The notes under the pieces were generated by a model that saw only the letters and a list, made by a program, of their open reading frames with translations, was not told the DNA's origin and did no database searches. A DNA stretch of 28,107 nt from a virus (Duplodnaviria > Caudoviricetes). The position numbers and the translations under genes are program-made. The first letter of the stretch is position 1; each line of letters begins with the position of its first letter. Positions 1 to 9,036 of the stretch are shown piece after piece. The stretch is from IMG/VR virus record IMGVR_UViG_3300016649_000292, positions 1 through 28,107 of that record; one strand, given 5' to 3'.

Positions 1-211
1 GGCTTTTGCAGTCCTGGGCGGTCAGGTTTGGCACGGTAATGCGCGGCAGAATGACGGTCAGCGCGTCAACGTCGGCATTCGCCAGCGCCGCCAGGCCAAT
101 CCCGCGCAGGTGTCCCGCGTTCGGTTTGATGATTTCGACCTGGTCGATCAGCGTGTCGCCACGCTTGATTGGTTCTTCCAGGATAACGATGTTTTCAGTC
201 TGTTCTGACAT
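1..211 (-). CDS. E: Tail assembly chaperone gpE (5' part; runs off the window)
   Basis: Manual translation from ATG at 211: MSEQTENIVILEEPIKRGDTLIDQVEIIKPNAGHLRGIGLAALANADVDALTVILPRIT. It lies directly downstream of FII, as in P2. Not in the ORF track. Confidence 0.85.
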   Translation of the reverse strand, partial: MSEQTENIVILEEPIKRGDTLIDQVEIIKPNAGHLRGIGLAALANADVDALTVILPRITVPNLTAQDCKS

Positions 212-270
212 TGCGGTGTCTCTTATTCAAAAGGTGAGGTTTTGCGCCGGTGTCCGGCGCGGGTTACGGG

Positions 271-780
271 TTACAGGCCGATGTTTTTGCGGTGCTGTGC
301 CACGCGGTCAACGCCGCCGACGATTTCCACCATGTTCACGGTATCGACTTCGATCATGTCTTTGCCGTCAATCACCAGCTTGAAATAGGTGCATTGGGTA
401 GTGATTTTGGTTTCGGTGTCTTCGCCCTGTTTGTACTCGCCGAAATCCATCTCCTTATGACGTCCGCGCATCGTGACTTCCACGGCGGAGGTGTCACCGG
501 TGTCGTCGCGCTGGAAGGAACCGGCAAAGCGCAGCGGCACGGCATCCACCGCGCCCCACTGCTGCAACACCAGTTCATCCAGCCCGCCCACCGTCCACTC
601 AAAGCTCAGCGCGTCGTCGTCCAGACCAAAATCAATGGCGGCGGAACCGGTCATGCCGCCGCCGCGATAGTTCTCCAGCTTGCGGGTCAGTTTCGGCAGC
701 GTCAGCGCGCTGACCATGCCGAGGTAGCTGTTCCCGTCGTTAAACAGGTTCAGGTATTTCAGTTTCTTAGGCAGTGCCAT
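271..780 (-). CDS. FII: Major tail tube protein
   Basis: MALPKKLKYLNLFNDG N-terminus typical of P2 FII; follows the sheath gene. Confidence 0.95.
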   Translation of the reverse strand: MALPKKLKYLNLFNDGNSYLGMVSALTLPKLTRKLENYRGGGMTGSAAIDFGLDDDALSFEWTVGGLDELVLQQWGAVDAVPLRFAGSFQRDDTGDTSAVEVTMRGRHKEMDFGEYKQGEDTETKITTQCTYFKLVIDGKDMIEVDTVNMVEIVGGVDRVAQHRKNIGL

Positions 781-793
781 GTTTTAGCGCCTC

Positions 794-1963
794 TTAGCTG
801 TTAACGGAGGTGGCGAACGTCGCCAGGTACTGATCGGTGATGCGCTGACGCAGGGTTAAATCTTCCAGCGGTGGCACCGGCGTGTAGTCGTAATCAATAA
901 ACAGCTTGCCCGCTTTCAGTGTTTCAACGGTGTTCGCTTCCGCGTCATACCAGCAGGTGCCGTCAATGATCAGACCGGCGGTTTTCATCTCACGCAGCTT
1001 GGCGTTAATGCCCGCAATCATGTCCTTGATAAGCGTCGGGGTCATTGGCCGGTCCATCGCCCACAGGTGCGCTTCCGCCATCGTGTCCGCCAGCACCTGC
1101 GCGGTACGGGTGTAGTTCTCAAACAAAAATAGCGGGTCATCTGAGCAGGTGCGCTGCCCCCAGAACTTAAAGCCGTCCTTGCGGATAAGGGTGGTGACGC
1201 ACGCCTGGTTCAGCAGGTCGGCATCGGTGCCGGGGGTCTGCAAATCCCAGTACACGGAGGCAGACAGGCCGGTGACGCCGTTAACTCCGACGTTAGAAAG
1301 CGTTTTATGCCAGCCTGTTTCTGTGTCAATTTTGGCACGCAGGCCGAGCGCGTAAGCGGTGGCGGGGGCGATGTCGCTGGCGTTGGTGGTGGTGTTCCAG
1401 GACACGAAGTCAGGCCAGATCACCATCAGCTCACGCTGGCTGAAATTCTCACGGTACTTGATGGCATCCGATACGGTTTTACAGCCGTATGCGCTGACAT
1501 AGCCAAAGGCGCGGAGCTGCTGACAGACGGCGGCGAGTGCGGTCGCCACCTCCTGGTTATCCAGACCCGGCACGCCGAGAATGCGCGGCTTTACGCCGAG
1601 TTCAGTTTGCGCAGACAGCAGGGCTTTCATACCGGTATACATGCCGGTGTCGTCCGACCCGCCGATGATGTTGGAGGTGGTTTCCGCTTCGGTTTCACCT
1701 TCTGCGACGCGCACAACGACGACCACCGGCTTAGCCTGGTTGGCAATTGCCATCAGGGAGGCGCGCAGCGTGCCGGTTTTACCGGCCTTGCCGGCGGCGG
1801 TCAGCACGTTAGTAATGAGCACCGGCGTATCGAGGGGGAACGCGTCGGCGTCCGCATCCTCTGCGGTGCAGACCATCCCGATGATGGCGGTGGAAACGGT
1901 GGAGATAACGCGGGTGCCGTCATTGATTTCAACAACGCGCACACCGTGATGATAATCAGCCAT
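794..1963 (-). CDS. FI: Contractile tail sheath protein
   Basis: MADYHHGVRVVEINDGTRVISTVSTAIIG...YDYTPVPPLEDLTLRQRITDQYL; 389 aa; P2 FI pattern. Confidence 0.95.
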   Translation of the reverse strand: MADYHHGVRVVEINDGTRVISTVSTAIIGMVCTAEDADADAFPLDTPVLITNVLTAAGKAGKTGTLRASLMAIANQAKPVVVVVRVAEGETEAETTSNIIGGSDDTGMYTGMKALLSAQTELGVKPRILGVPGLDNQEVATALAAVCQQLRAFGYVSAYGCKTVSDAIKYRENFSQRELMVIWPDFVSWNTTTNASDIAPATAYALGLRAKIDTETGWHKTLSNVGVNGVTGLSASVYWDLQTPGTDADLLNQACVTTLIRKDGFKFWGQRTCSDDPLFLFENYTRTAQVLADTMAEAHLWAMDRPMTPTLIKDMIAGINAKLREMKTAGLIIDGTCWYDAEANTVETLKAGKLFIDYDYTPVPPLEDLTLRQRITDQYLATFATSVNS

Positions 1964-2033
1964 GGTGTTTTTCCTGTGATTGGGGTGAGGTCAATCATCG
2001 CGTGTTGGGAACAATCAGGCACGGCGGGCGCGG

Positions 2034-2051
2034 TGTGTGGGGAATAGCACA
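2034..2051 (-). promoter_or_regulatory. Ogr/Delta-type late activator site of the F-operon late promoter
   Basis: TGT-GTGGGGAATAGC-ACA fits the P2 late activator consensus TGT-N12-ACA, about 70-90 nt upstream of the FI start. Confidence 0.7.
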
Positions 2052-2070
2052 ACGTGGGAACGCCAGAGAC

Positions 2071-2090
2071 AAAAAAGCCCCTTTCGGGGC
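2071..2090 (-). terminator. Intrinsic terminator ending the small ORF / V-G transcript
   Basis: Minus strand GCCCC-GAAA-GGGGC followed by TTTTTT. Confidence 0.85.
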
Positions 2091-2118
2091 AGTGGGTGTT
2101 CTGAGGAAGGTCGTGGGG

Positions 2119-2262
2119 TCAGGCGCTGTCGAGTCCCAACTTTTCAGCCAGCCGGTGAAGGGCGCTGACGGTCATCACGTCCTCGGCCGCCAGTGAAAAG
2201 GCTGACCAGTTGGCCGCCAAAAATCCTGCGATAATCTCCGCTTCCTCTTTATTTAATTCCAT
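2119..2262 (-). CDS. Small hypothetical protein (47 aa), moron-like
   Basis: MELNKEEAEIIAGFLAANWSAFSLAAEDVMTVSALHRLAEKLGLDSA; AGGAGG RBS upstream and terminator downstream. Below the ORF-track length cutoff. Confidence 0.7.
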   Translation of the reverse strand: MELNKEEAEIIAGFLAANWSAFSLAAEDVMTVSALHRLAEKLGLDSA

Positions 2263-2329
2263 TTCATCCTCCTGAATAGTCTGGGGATATCCTTGGACAT
2301 CGGCGGGACATGTTCAAATAGTTACTACA

Positions 2330-2367
2330 GATCAATTATCCGTCATTGATCGTTTTCAGCGATCAAT
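2330..2367. promoter_or_regulatory. Three-GATC cluster with OxyR-like inverted repeat (candidate Dam/OxyR switch)
   Basis: GATC at 2330, 2348 and 2361. ATTGATCG-TTTTCAG-CGATCAAT is a perfect 8-bp inverted repeat giving ATCG-N7-CGAT. Confidence 0.55.
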
Positions 2368-2886
2368 TTATTCAGGTACAGCAGGCCAGTCGATATCCGG
2401 CGCAGCGGATAAATCCAGGCGGTTCAGCGCCACGCGGAATGTCTTCCAGGCTTTCAGACGCTCCCGTTCTGCGTCAGTCACGTCATCGATATCAACCGCA
2501 TCCTGCAAAGGCGCAATGGCGGCGGTGGCCTGACTGAGCAGTGCGTTTTTGCGCTGCTCCGCCACCTCAGCAGCGGGCTGCACGAACGGAATAAACTGGC
2601 CGTCCTGATAGCGGTATGCCAGCGTGCTGATATCCTCCGGCAACGCGGCGCTATCCAGTTCGTAAATGCTGACGCCTTCGGACAGCGTTAAAAAGTTGGG
2701 ATTTTCCGCCCAGGTAGAAACAAAACCGTCAGCGCCGACGGCGATAAAACAGTTTTCCCCCTGCCATTCCCTATCGCGGAGTTCGTACCAGTCCGTGCCG
2801 TTCTCATCTTCAAAATAGAGCACCGGCAGCGGCAGACCCTCTTCTAAAACCTGTCGGGTCATTTTGATATTTTTAAATGTAATCAT
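2368..2886 (-). CDS. G: Tail fibre assembly chaperone (Tfa/gpG-like)
   Basis: C-terminal IAPLQDAVD...LKAWKTFRVALNRLDLSAAPDIDWP Tfa motif; directly after the fibre gene. Confidence 0.9.
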   Translation of the reverse strand: MITFKNIKMTRQVLEEGLPLPVLYFEDENGTDWYELRDREWQGENCFIAVGADGFVSTWAENPNFLTLSEGVSIYELDSAALPEDISTLAYRYQDGQFIPFVQPAAEVAEQRKNALLSQATAAIAPLQDAVDIDDVTDAERERLKAWKTFRVALNRLDLSAAPDIDWPAVPE

Positions 2887-2887
2887 G

Positions 2888-5200
2888 TCAGTTACCCACC
2901 TGTCGCCAGCTTCCGCTGGCCGTTCGCACCATTAACGCGCGGTAATATTTCCCCAGCGTGCGGGCGTCCCCCAAATCCGGCCTGACACTTAAGCCCGTCA
3001 TAAAGCAACCGGTCGGGGCTTCCCAGCCTGTTTGTGTTGTCCAGCCCGCATTCTCCAGCGCCTGGCTGCCACGCTGGACGTCATAAATAAAACGTGAGTC
3101 CGACCAGTCGCGGGTCGCCAAAGAAACGACCGCATTGCTGCTGAGATGACGCATATAGGGATTTGTCACATCGCCAGCCGCGAATCCCGCATACGTTGCG
3201 CCATCACGCATCAAAAACCTGTCATTGGTCTCCGCTTTCGTATAGGAATCGCGCTGAGGCGGCGGGAAGTTGGTGGTGTAAACCTCCCCCATATCCGACG
3301 CATCTACCTGAATTTTGACCCTTGACCCCGTCCAGCCGATATAGACTTTATTGGACTGCATACCGGCACCGCCGCCTTGCTGCACGGCGGCAAAGTTCCC
3401 GACATTCCCCAGCCCGACATTCGCGTTACTGAGATTGATATCCGCAGTGCCATCAAACGCCACACCGGCAATCTTGCGGGCAGTGGCGAGTTTGGTCGCG
3501 GCGACTGCCGTCCCGCCTGCGGGTAACGCACCGACGTCTGCCGGTGTCGGTTTGTTCGCCTGGCAGTAAATTTCATTCCAGTTAGTCCACGGACCATCGG
3601 CACCGTTCCACGCCCCCGACGCGCCACGGGTAAACTGTCGTCCGTTGTTGTTAAAGGCAATCTGCTGCGTCGCATTCGGTCCCCAGGTCACGAAAATCAC
3701 GCCGACAAAACCGTTCATCGGGTAGCCTTTGTCCGTGGTCGCGGCGGCGGCACCGGGCACGCCGTAATGCCCAAGCATGGCCGTGCCATGCAGCGCGTTT
3801 GGCGAGTCTGTCGCGGTTAAATTGGCGCGAATTTTAAAGGCCGTCGCAATTTCATCAGACAGCGCCTTTTCACTGGCGGCGCTTTGCGCAGCCGTCCATG
3901 CCCCCACGTCGGCGGCGGTGGGTTTGTTATTCGCGCTGTACGTTGGCACCCACTCTTTCCAGGGACCATCCACGCCGTTCCAGTCAGCGGACAACCCGCG
4001 ATTCCAGATATTGCCCGTGAACGTGACGTACATCTGCTGACAGCCGTAGGCGCTCGGCGTGACGTACAGCGTGCCTGCGATGCCTTGCGGATAGTGCAAC
4101 GCCGCCGTGGCGTTGGCATTTTTAGGCTGTGCGTACAGGGCGGCACTTCCGGCTCCGCTGGCAAAGCCCAGGGTATTGATATCCGTGGTTGTCAGGATGG
4201 CCGACGGCACCGTGACGGAGTTCACCGCGCTGGCCTGCACCCAGTCACGCCAGGGGCCGTCTGTGCCATTCCAGGACGCATTCAGCGCACGCGTCCACAC
4301 CATGCCGGTGTTTTGCACGGTGTAACGCTGCAGCACGCCGCCCGTCCAGGACGCGGGGATAACCTCCAGCACGCCCGCCGCCTGTGAACCGGCCGGATAG
4401 CCATTGGCGACGGTGGCATTCGCGCCGGTGCTCTGCACGTAAACCCCGATTTTTGCCAGATTAAACGTATTGATATTCGCGGTGCCGAGAACGGCGGACG
4501 CGACAGGCAGCGCCCCCACGTCCGCCGCCTCCAGCGTAATGTCAGCGCTCAGCGCTTTATTGTTCACCTTGCGGGTGGACGGTACGCGGGTGTTGGCATT
4601 GTCGTTGGCGGCCTTGACCGCTTTGGGCGTGGCGGCCAGCACCTCACTGGTACTGCTGACCGAGCTGTTAAGCTGGACAAAACCCTTTGCCGTCAGCGTG
4701 CCGTCGGGGTGGTTGCGGGATTTTTCATGTGCGGCCAGCAGGTCATTCACATACTGCTCGGTGGCCATAATCACCGAGTCGTCGATCAGCAGGCTGATGG
4801 CTTCGGTATTGCTGACGGCAATTACCATCCGCAAAGTTTGCGTGCGGCCGGAACCTTCCGCCAAAGTGGGCTTGTAGGTGTCCGCCATATTACAGACGGC
4901 AATCAGCGTGCCGTCGTCAGCAAACAGCCCCATTTCACGCATCCAGAAACCGCCGACGCTCGCAGAAATCACCGCCTCAGCAATGACCCAGTTGCCGTGC
5001 GACGGGTCAAGCTTTAAGGAATTGAGCGGCGTGCGGTATACCTCTTTCACCAGTTTGGTCTGCGTGGCAACCGGCGTGGTCGCTTTGCCATTGCCGTCAC
5101 CGACGGCCAACTGCGTGATGTTGATGTCAGTCCCCGCCGCAATGGCCGCCGCAATACGCGACTGGCCGAGCGTGGTGACAACGGATTTAAATGTGCTCAT
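2888..5200 (-). CDS. H: Tail fibre protein with three internal knob-like repeats
   Basis: P2 H N-terminus (GGFWMREMGLF; HEKSRNHPDGTLTAKGFVQL); three repeats ending WNGxDGPW. Confidence 0.92.
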   Translation of the reverse strand: MSTFKSVVTTLGQSRIAAAIAAGTDINITQLAVGDGNGKATTPVATQTKLVKEVYRTPLNSLKLDPSHGNWVIAEAVISASVGGFWMREMGLFADDGTLIAVCNMADTYKPTLAEGSGRTQTLRMVIAVSNTEAISLLIDDSVIMATEQYVNDLLAAHEKSRNHPDGTLTAKGFVQLNSSVSSTSEVLAATPKAVKAANDNANTRVPSTRKVNNKALSADITLEAADVGALPVASAVLGTANINTFNLAKIGVYVQSTGANATVANGYPAGSQAAGVLEVIPASWTGGVLQRYTVQNTGMVWTRALNASWNGTDGPWRDWVQASAVNSVTVPSAILTTTDINTLGFASGAGSAALYAQPKNANATAALHYPQGIAGTLYVTPSAYGCQQMYVTFTGNIWNRGLSADWNGVDGPWKEWVPTYSANNKPTAADVGAWTAAQSAASEKALSDEIATAFKIRANLTATDSPNALHGTAMLGHYGVPGAAAATTDKGYPMNGFVGVIFVTWGPNATQQIAFNNNGRQFTRGASGAWNGADGPWTNWNEIYCQANKPTPADVGALPAGGTAVAATKLATARKIAGVAFDGTADINLSNANVGLGNVGNFAAVQQGGGAGMQSNKVYIGWTGSRVKIQVDASDMGEVYTTNFPPPQRDSYTKAETNDRFLMRDGATYAGFAAGDVTNPYMRHLSSNAVVSLATRDWSDSRFIYDVQRGSQALENAGWTTQTGWEAPTGCFMTGLSVRPDLGDARTLGKYYRALMVRTASGSWRQVGN

Positions 5201-5209
5201 ATCGTCCTC

Positions 5210-5737
5210 TTATGCGGGGTAAACGGTCAGCAGTTCGCCGACGTACTGCGCCGCGCCGGTGTAAACATCGCCTTTGATATCCTGGGTGATGGTCAGGCCA
5301 ATCAGATGGCGGCTGGCCGGTTTGGCGTCGGCAATCAGCCGCTCCATCTCCAAATACATGTCTTCGGTGATGCCGGTTTCCAGCACGCCGATATCCAGGC
5401 GAAACGTGCCGGGTTCGTCATTCGTTTCCCACCACTCGGTCACGTTAATCAGGTAGCCGAGCGGCTCCACCACGCGCCGGATGGCGCCGATGGTTCCCTT
5501 ATGGCAGTGAATGAACCAGGCCGACTGAATCACGCGGCGCTTAGTGGCGACAGGCCAGTTTTCATCCCAGCGGTCAACCGACAGCGCCCACGCCAGGTAA
5601 GGCAAAAACCTGGCCGGACAGGTCAGCGGATCCCAAAGCTGTCGCAGCGGCACCGGCACGTTTTCCAGCGCCGCGCAGGCCTCGGCGGCGGCAACCTCAA
5701 GAGCCGAGGAACCGACAGGCAGCAGGCGATCACTCAT
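5210..5737 (-). CDS. I: Baseplate/tail protein I
   Basis: LWDPLTCPARFLPYLAWALSVDRWDENWP motif; synteny. Confidence 0.93.
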   Translation of the reverse strand: MSDRLLPVGSSALEVAAAEACAALENVPVPLRQLWDPLTCPARFLPYLAWALSVDRWDENWPVATKRRVIQSAWFIHCHKGTIGAIRRVVEPLGYLINVTEWWETNDEPGTFRLDIGVLETGITEDMYLEMERLIADAKPASRHLIGLTITQDIKGDVYTGAAQYVGELLTVYPA

Positions 5738-6638
5738 CGTAACCGCCCACTTTCAGGGTGTACGCGGTGCAGAATGACGCCTGCGTTTTATCCAGCTCGA
5801 TGTCAGCGGCGGGGCTTTTCAGCTCCACCCGTTGCACGCCTTCAACGTGCAGCGCGGCATAAATGGCGGACAGCCGGATGTCGCGGCCTAACCGGTGCTG
5901 CGCGGTGGTGTAGGCGATAAGCCTGGCTTCGGCGGCTTCGCGAATGGGTTCGGCTTCCGGACCCGGGAACAGATACAGCACGGCATCGATGGTGTAACTG
6001 ACCACGGTGGCAGACTGGACGGTCACGCGGTCAGCCACGGGGCGCACGTTCTCGTCATTGAGCGCGGCCTGTACTTTCGCCAGCAGGTCGGCGGGCGCGG
6101 TGCCGTTGCCGGTCTGTGCCAGCACAGAAATCGTCACGCAGGCGGGCGACGGACTGATGACCGAAATATCCGCCACCCGCCCGTCAGCCGAGCGCCCGTG
6201 ATACTCATAGGAACCCACCGGACCGGCGACGCTCAGCCCTTCAAACGCCTGCTGCGCCCGGATACGCAAATCCGCATCGCTTTCCATCACTGCTGCGACA
6301 GCAGGCACGCTGACCGTATCCGCAGGCGTGATGGTCAGGCGCGCCACGCTGAACGTGGCGGCGATATTGTCGAGGTCTGTGCCGCTGGCATAGGCCAGCA
6401 TCACCGCCTGCGCCGCCTCGTTAACCCGCTGACGCAGGATCACTTCGCGGTAAGCGTTCTCCTCCAGCAGTTTGACAATCGGCTCAGACTCCAGGGTCAG
6501 CGTGCGGGCGATGGCGGCCTGCTGGTCTTCGGGGTACAAGGAGACCAGCGTGGCTTTGCGCTCCGCCAGGAGGATTTCGTAATCCAGCACTTCCACCACG
6601 TCGGGGGCGGGTAACTGGCTCAGGTCGATAGTTGCCAT
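5730..6638 (-). CDS. J: Baseplate assembly protein J
   Basis: MATIDLSQLPAPDVVEVLDYE N-terminus; 302 aa. Confidence 0.95.
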   Translation of the reverse strand: MATIDLSQLPAPDVVEVLDYEILLAERKATLVSLYPEDQQAAIARTLTLESEPIVKLLEENAYREVILRQRVNEAAQAVMLAYASGTDLDNIAATFSVARLTITPADTVSVPAVAAVMESDADLRIRAQQAFEGLSVAGPVGSYEYHGRSADGRVADISVISPSPACVTISVLAQTGNGTAPADLLAKVQAALNDENVRPVADRVTVQSATVVSYTIDAVLYLFPGPEAEPIREAAEARLIAYTTAQHRLGRDIRLSAIYAALHVEGVQRVELKSPAADIELDKTQASFCTAYTLKVGGYDE

Positions 6639-6640
6639 GG

Positions 6641-6991
6641 TTAGCTCACTGGAAGGGTTAAGGAAATGGCGGCGGACGTGTCTTTGCGGGTGCCGGTGAG
6701 TTCAACCACCGCTTTCCCATCGAACGTCGTTTCAAAGGTGATGCCGGTCAGGCTGACGCGCGGTTCCCATTTCAGGATCGCGCTGTAGCAGGCCGCCATG
6801 ATTTGCAGCCGCAGCGCCGCGTTCTGCGGGCGGTCATTCAGCATCGATAGCAGTGAACCATAGTCACGGCGCATGACGCGGGAACCGATGGGCGTGCGCA
6901 AAATGTCGCTGACCGACTGCTGAATATGTGCCAGGTCTTCGACGCTGCGCCCCGTGTCGCGCGCCAGGCCGGTGTATTTCGCGTTAGTCAT
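6641..6991 (-). CDS. W: Baseplate wedge protein W (gp25-like)
   Basis: HIQQSVSDILRTPIGSRVMRRDYGS and WEPR motifs. Confidence 0.93.
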   Translation of the reverse strand: MTNAKYTGLARDTGRSVEDLAHIQQSVSDILRTPIGSRVMRRDYGSLLSMLNDRPQNAALRLQIMAACYSAILKWEPRVSLTGITFETTFDGKAVVELTGTRKDTSAAISLTLPVS

Positions 6992-7629
6992 GAAGGCACC
7001 TGCGTCTGACCGCCGCCCGTCTGGACGCCGCCGTGTTTATGGGTATGAACAACCACGCCGTTTGACGTGATGCTCCCGCCTGAATGGGTGAGGTTGCCGG
7101 TCATGGTTCCGCCCTTTTTAATCTCGATGGTGGCGGTGGTCAGTTTGTTAGTGCAGACCACTTCCGGCGTGTCGAGGGTGATGCGCGTTTTCGCCGTGCA
7201 GGTAATCAGCGGAGCAGTCGCAACCACCTTATCCGAGGCGTTCACCGTGGCGGACTTTATGCCGGTTGTCAGCAGCGCGCCGGTTTTTGGTTCGTACTCG
7301 ATCACCGCACCGTCAGGGAAAGTGACGTGCATGGCATCGGCTGACGCCGACGGCGCAGGAAATTCATCAGAGAAAACGCCGGGCATCACAAAGGCGGTAT
7401 CCAGCTCACCGCCCAGGCAGAACAGCAGAACCTGCTCACCGGTAGACGGTGCCCACCAGGAACGGGAGCGCCCTGCGCGGGATGTCAGCCAGTGCAGCCA
7501 GTCGGTGACGTTGCCGCCGGTGTTCACGCGACAGGTGCCCGCAACCAAATCCACCTCGGCAACGGTGCCAATGCGGATCAGATTGCGCAGCAGACGCGGA
7601 ATGTCGTTGTTTGGTGTTTGCATATTCAT
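6988..7629 (-). CDS. V: Baseplate spike protein V
   Basis: LRNLIRIGTV...WWAPSTGEQV and C-terminal HTHKHGGV iron-binding tip. Start placed at ATG 7629 from promoter geometry; alternatives are 7623 and 7647. Confidence 0.92.
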   Translation of the reverse strand: MNMQTPNNDIPRLLRNLIRIGTVAEVDLVAGTCRVNTGGNVTDWLHWLTSRAGRSRSWWAPSTGEQVLLFCLGGELDTAFVMPGVFSDEFPAPSASADAMHVTFPDGAVIEYEPKTGALLTTGIKSATVNASDKVVATAPLITCTAKTRITLDTPEVVCTNKLTTATIEIKKGGTMTGNLTHSGGSITSNGVVVHTHKHGGVQTGGGQTQVPS

Positions 7630-7675
7630 GATGTTTATTTTCATCATTCGAAAAAAATGTTAAAACAAACATTCA

Positions 7676-7693
7676 TGTCTCGTTGTTGGCACA
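7676..7693 (-). promoter_or_regulatory. Late activator site of the V-operon promoter
   Basis: TGT-CTCGTTGTTGGC-ACA (TGT-N12-ACA), centred about 55 nt upstream of ATG 7629. Confidence 0.75.
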
Positions 7694-7769
7694 ACACCCC
7701 TCTTGTGTGGTGACTTAATTCTTTGAGCCCAAATAACGATCTTTATGACAAACTGAGGGAAATCATTTA

Positions 7770-8483
7770 ATGTCACACACACACCTCGTTGAGGATAATT
7801 CGCCTAATAACACTAAGATTTGTTATCACAGCACCTGGATAACATGTCTCTCAATTGCCTTTTCATCTATAGCGACAATTGTAGTTTGGGTATTAGTTTT
7901 TCAAATATCCTTAAGCGCTGGGTTTTCTTCTTACTTCGGGATCAAAACGGAATACTTTTTACAACATCCCCATGCACAAATGGATGCACTTACCCTGCAC
8001 AATATTGGAGAGTTAGTTTCCAATGGCACGTTGCTAAGCTTGGATGACTTATGGTCATTTCAAGGGACTTTTTATCAGACAATTATCACTGTTTTGATTG
8101 CTTTAAATGCTATTTTAGGTGGGTTTGCATTTTTCATGGTTAAACAATCTTCTAATGCTAAGGCAAGAGAGGAAGCGATATTAGAAGTACAAAACTATAT
8201 TGAAAGTAAATCGTTTGATCGTGAAGTCAAGGAAATAACCAACGCTAAAGTAGAATCAACTGTTAATCAAAAAATTGGTGCCTTGCAACTTGATTTAACT
8301 TCACAGATAGACACCATAGGTAGCTTGATTTCAGAAGTCGAAGAACTAAGAAAAAGAGACGAAAGAGTCAAACAACTTGAGTTAGAATGTGCGGAAATGA
8401 AAAGACACATTTCTATTTTATCACATGAAATCTCTCTAAGAGATAACTCTGAAAATGATGGTTCATCATTAACGTTAGGGTAA
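7770..8483 (+). CDS. Hypothetical membrane protein, two TM segments plus C-terminal coiled coil (cargo gene 1)
   Basis: Hydrophobic stretches WITCLSIAFSSIATIVVWVLVFQISL and IITVLIALNAILGGFAFFMV; heptad-like charged C-terminus; AT-rich; GAGGG RBS-like sequence upstream. Confidence 0.75.
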   Translation: MSHTHLVEDNSPNNTKICYHSTWITCLSIAFSSIATIVVWVLVFQISLSAGFSSYFGIKTEYFLQHPHAQMDALTLHNIGELVSNGTLLSLDDLWSFQGTFYQTIITVLIALNAILGGFAFFMVKQSSNAKAREEAILEVQNYIESKSFDREVKEITNAKVESTVNQKIGALQLDLTSQIDTIGSLISEVEELRKRDERVKQLELECAEMKRHISILSHEISLRDNSENDGSSLTLG

Positions 8484-8493
8484 GGATATTAAA

Positions 8494-9036
8494 ATGGCTT
8501 TTATGAAAAGGAAAGGTGTTGAGAATAAAAGTACTAATGGTGAAGCGATCATAGCAAATACTCCTGAAGAACTTTTATCCTTTGCTAGTAATAATGGGAT
8601 CTCAATTGAACCTCTGGATGTAACCAGTTTGACTCAAAAACTTGGTATTTCAATGAGAATGGAACCTATGATTGGCGAGGAGTCTGGTAGCCTTAAAAAA
8701 GATAAATTTGGAAAGTGGATAATGACGATTAATTCATTGCACCACCCACATCGCCAACGCTTTACAATTGCTCATGAATTGGGTCATTACATTAAGCACA
8801 CAATTTTAACAGAAAACTTTATCGACACGACTTTTTTTAGAAATGAAGAAAGCAATCAAATGGAACATGAAGCTAATAAATTCGCAGCAGAATTGCTTAT
8901 GCCTCAAGTACTTTTTGAAAAGTATATTACAGAGGTTTCTAAACAAGTAGAAGATGTAGCTAAATACTTTCAAGTTTCATCAATGGCTGTTCGTATCAGA
9001 GCTAAACAACTTGGATATGAAGGGCATAATTTATGA
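8494..9036 (+). CDS. ImmA/IrrE-family (M78) Zn metallopeptidase without an N-terminal HTH
   Basis: RQRFTIAHELGH (HExxH) and EHEANKFAAELLMP signature motifs. Confidence 0.9.
   Translation: MAFMKRKGVENKSTNGEAIIANTPEELLSFASNNGISIEPLDVTSLTQKLGISMRMEPMIGEESGSLKKDKFGKWIMTINSLHHPHRQRFTIAHELGHYIKHTILTENFIDTTFFRNEESNQMEHEANKFAAELLMPQVLFEKYITEVSKQVEDVAKYFQVSSMAVRIRAKQLGYEGHNL

Noticed and set aside
6-7713. Many + strand ORFs over the tail genes (e.g. 250-804, 1307-2047, 5895-6614, 7067-7663)
   Set aside because: Antisense shadows of well-supported GC-rich phage genes, with no recognisable motifs.
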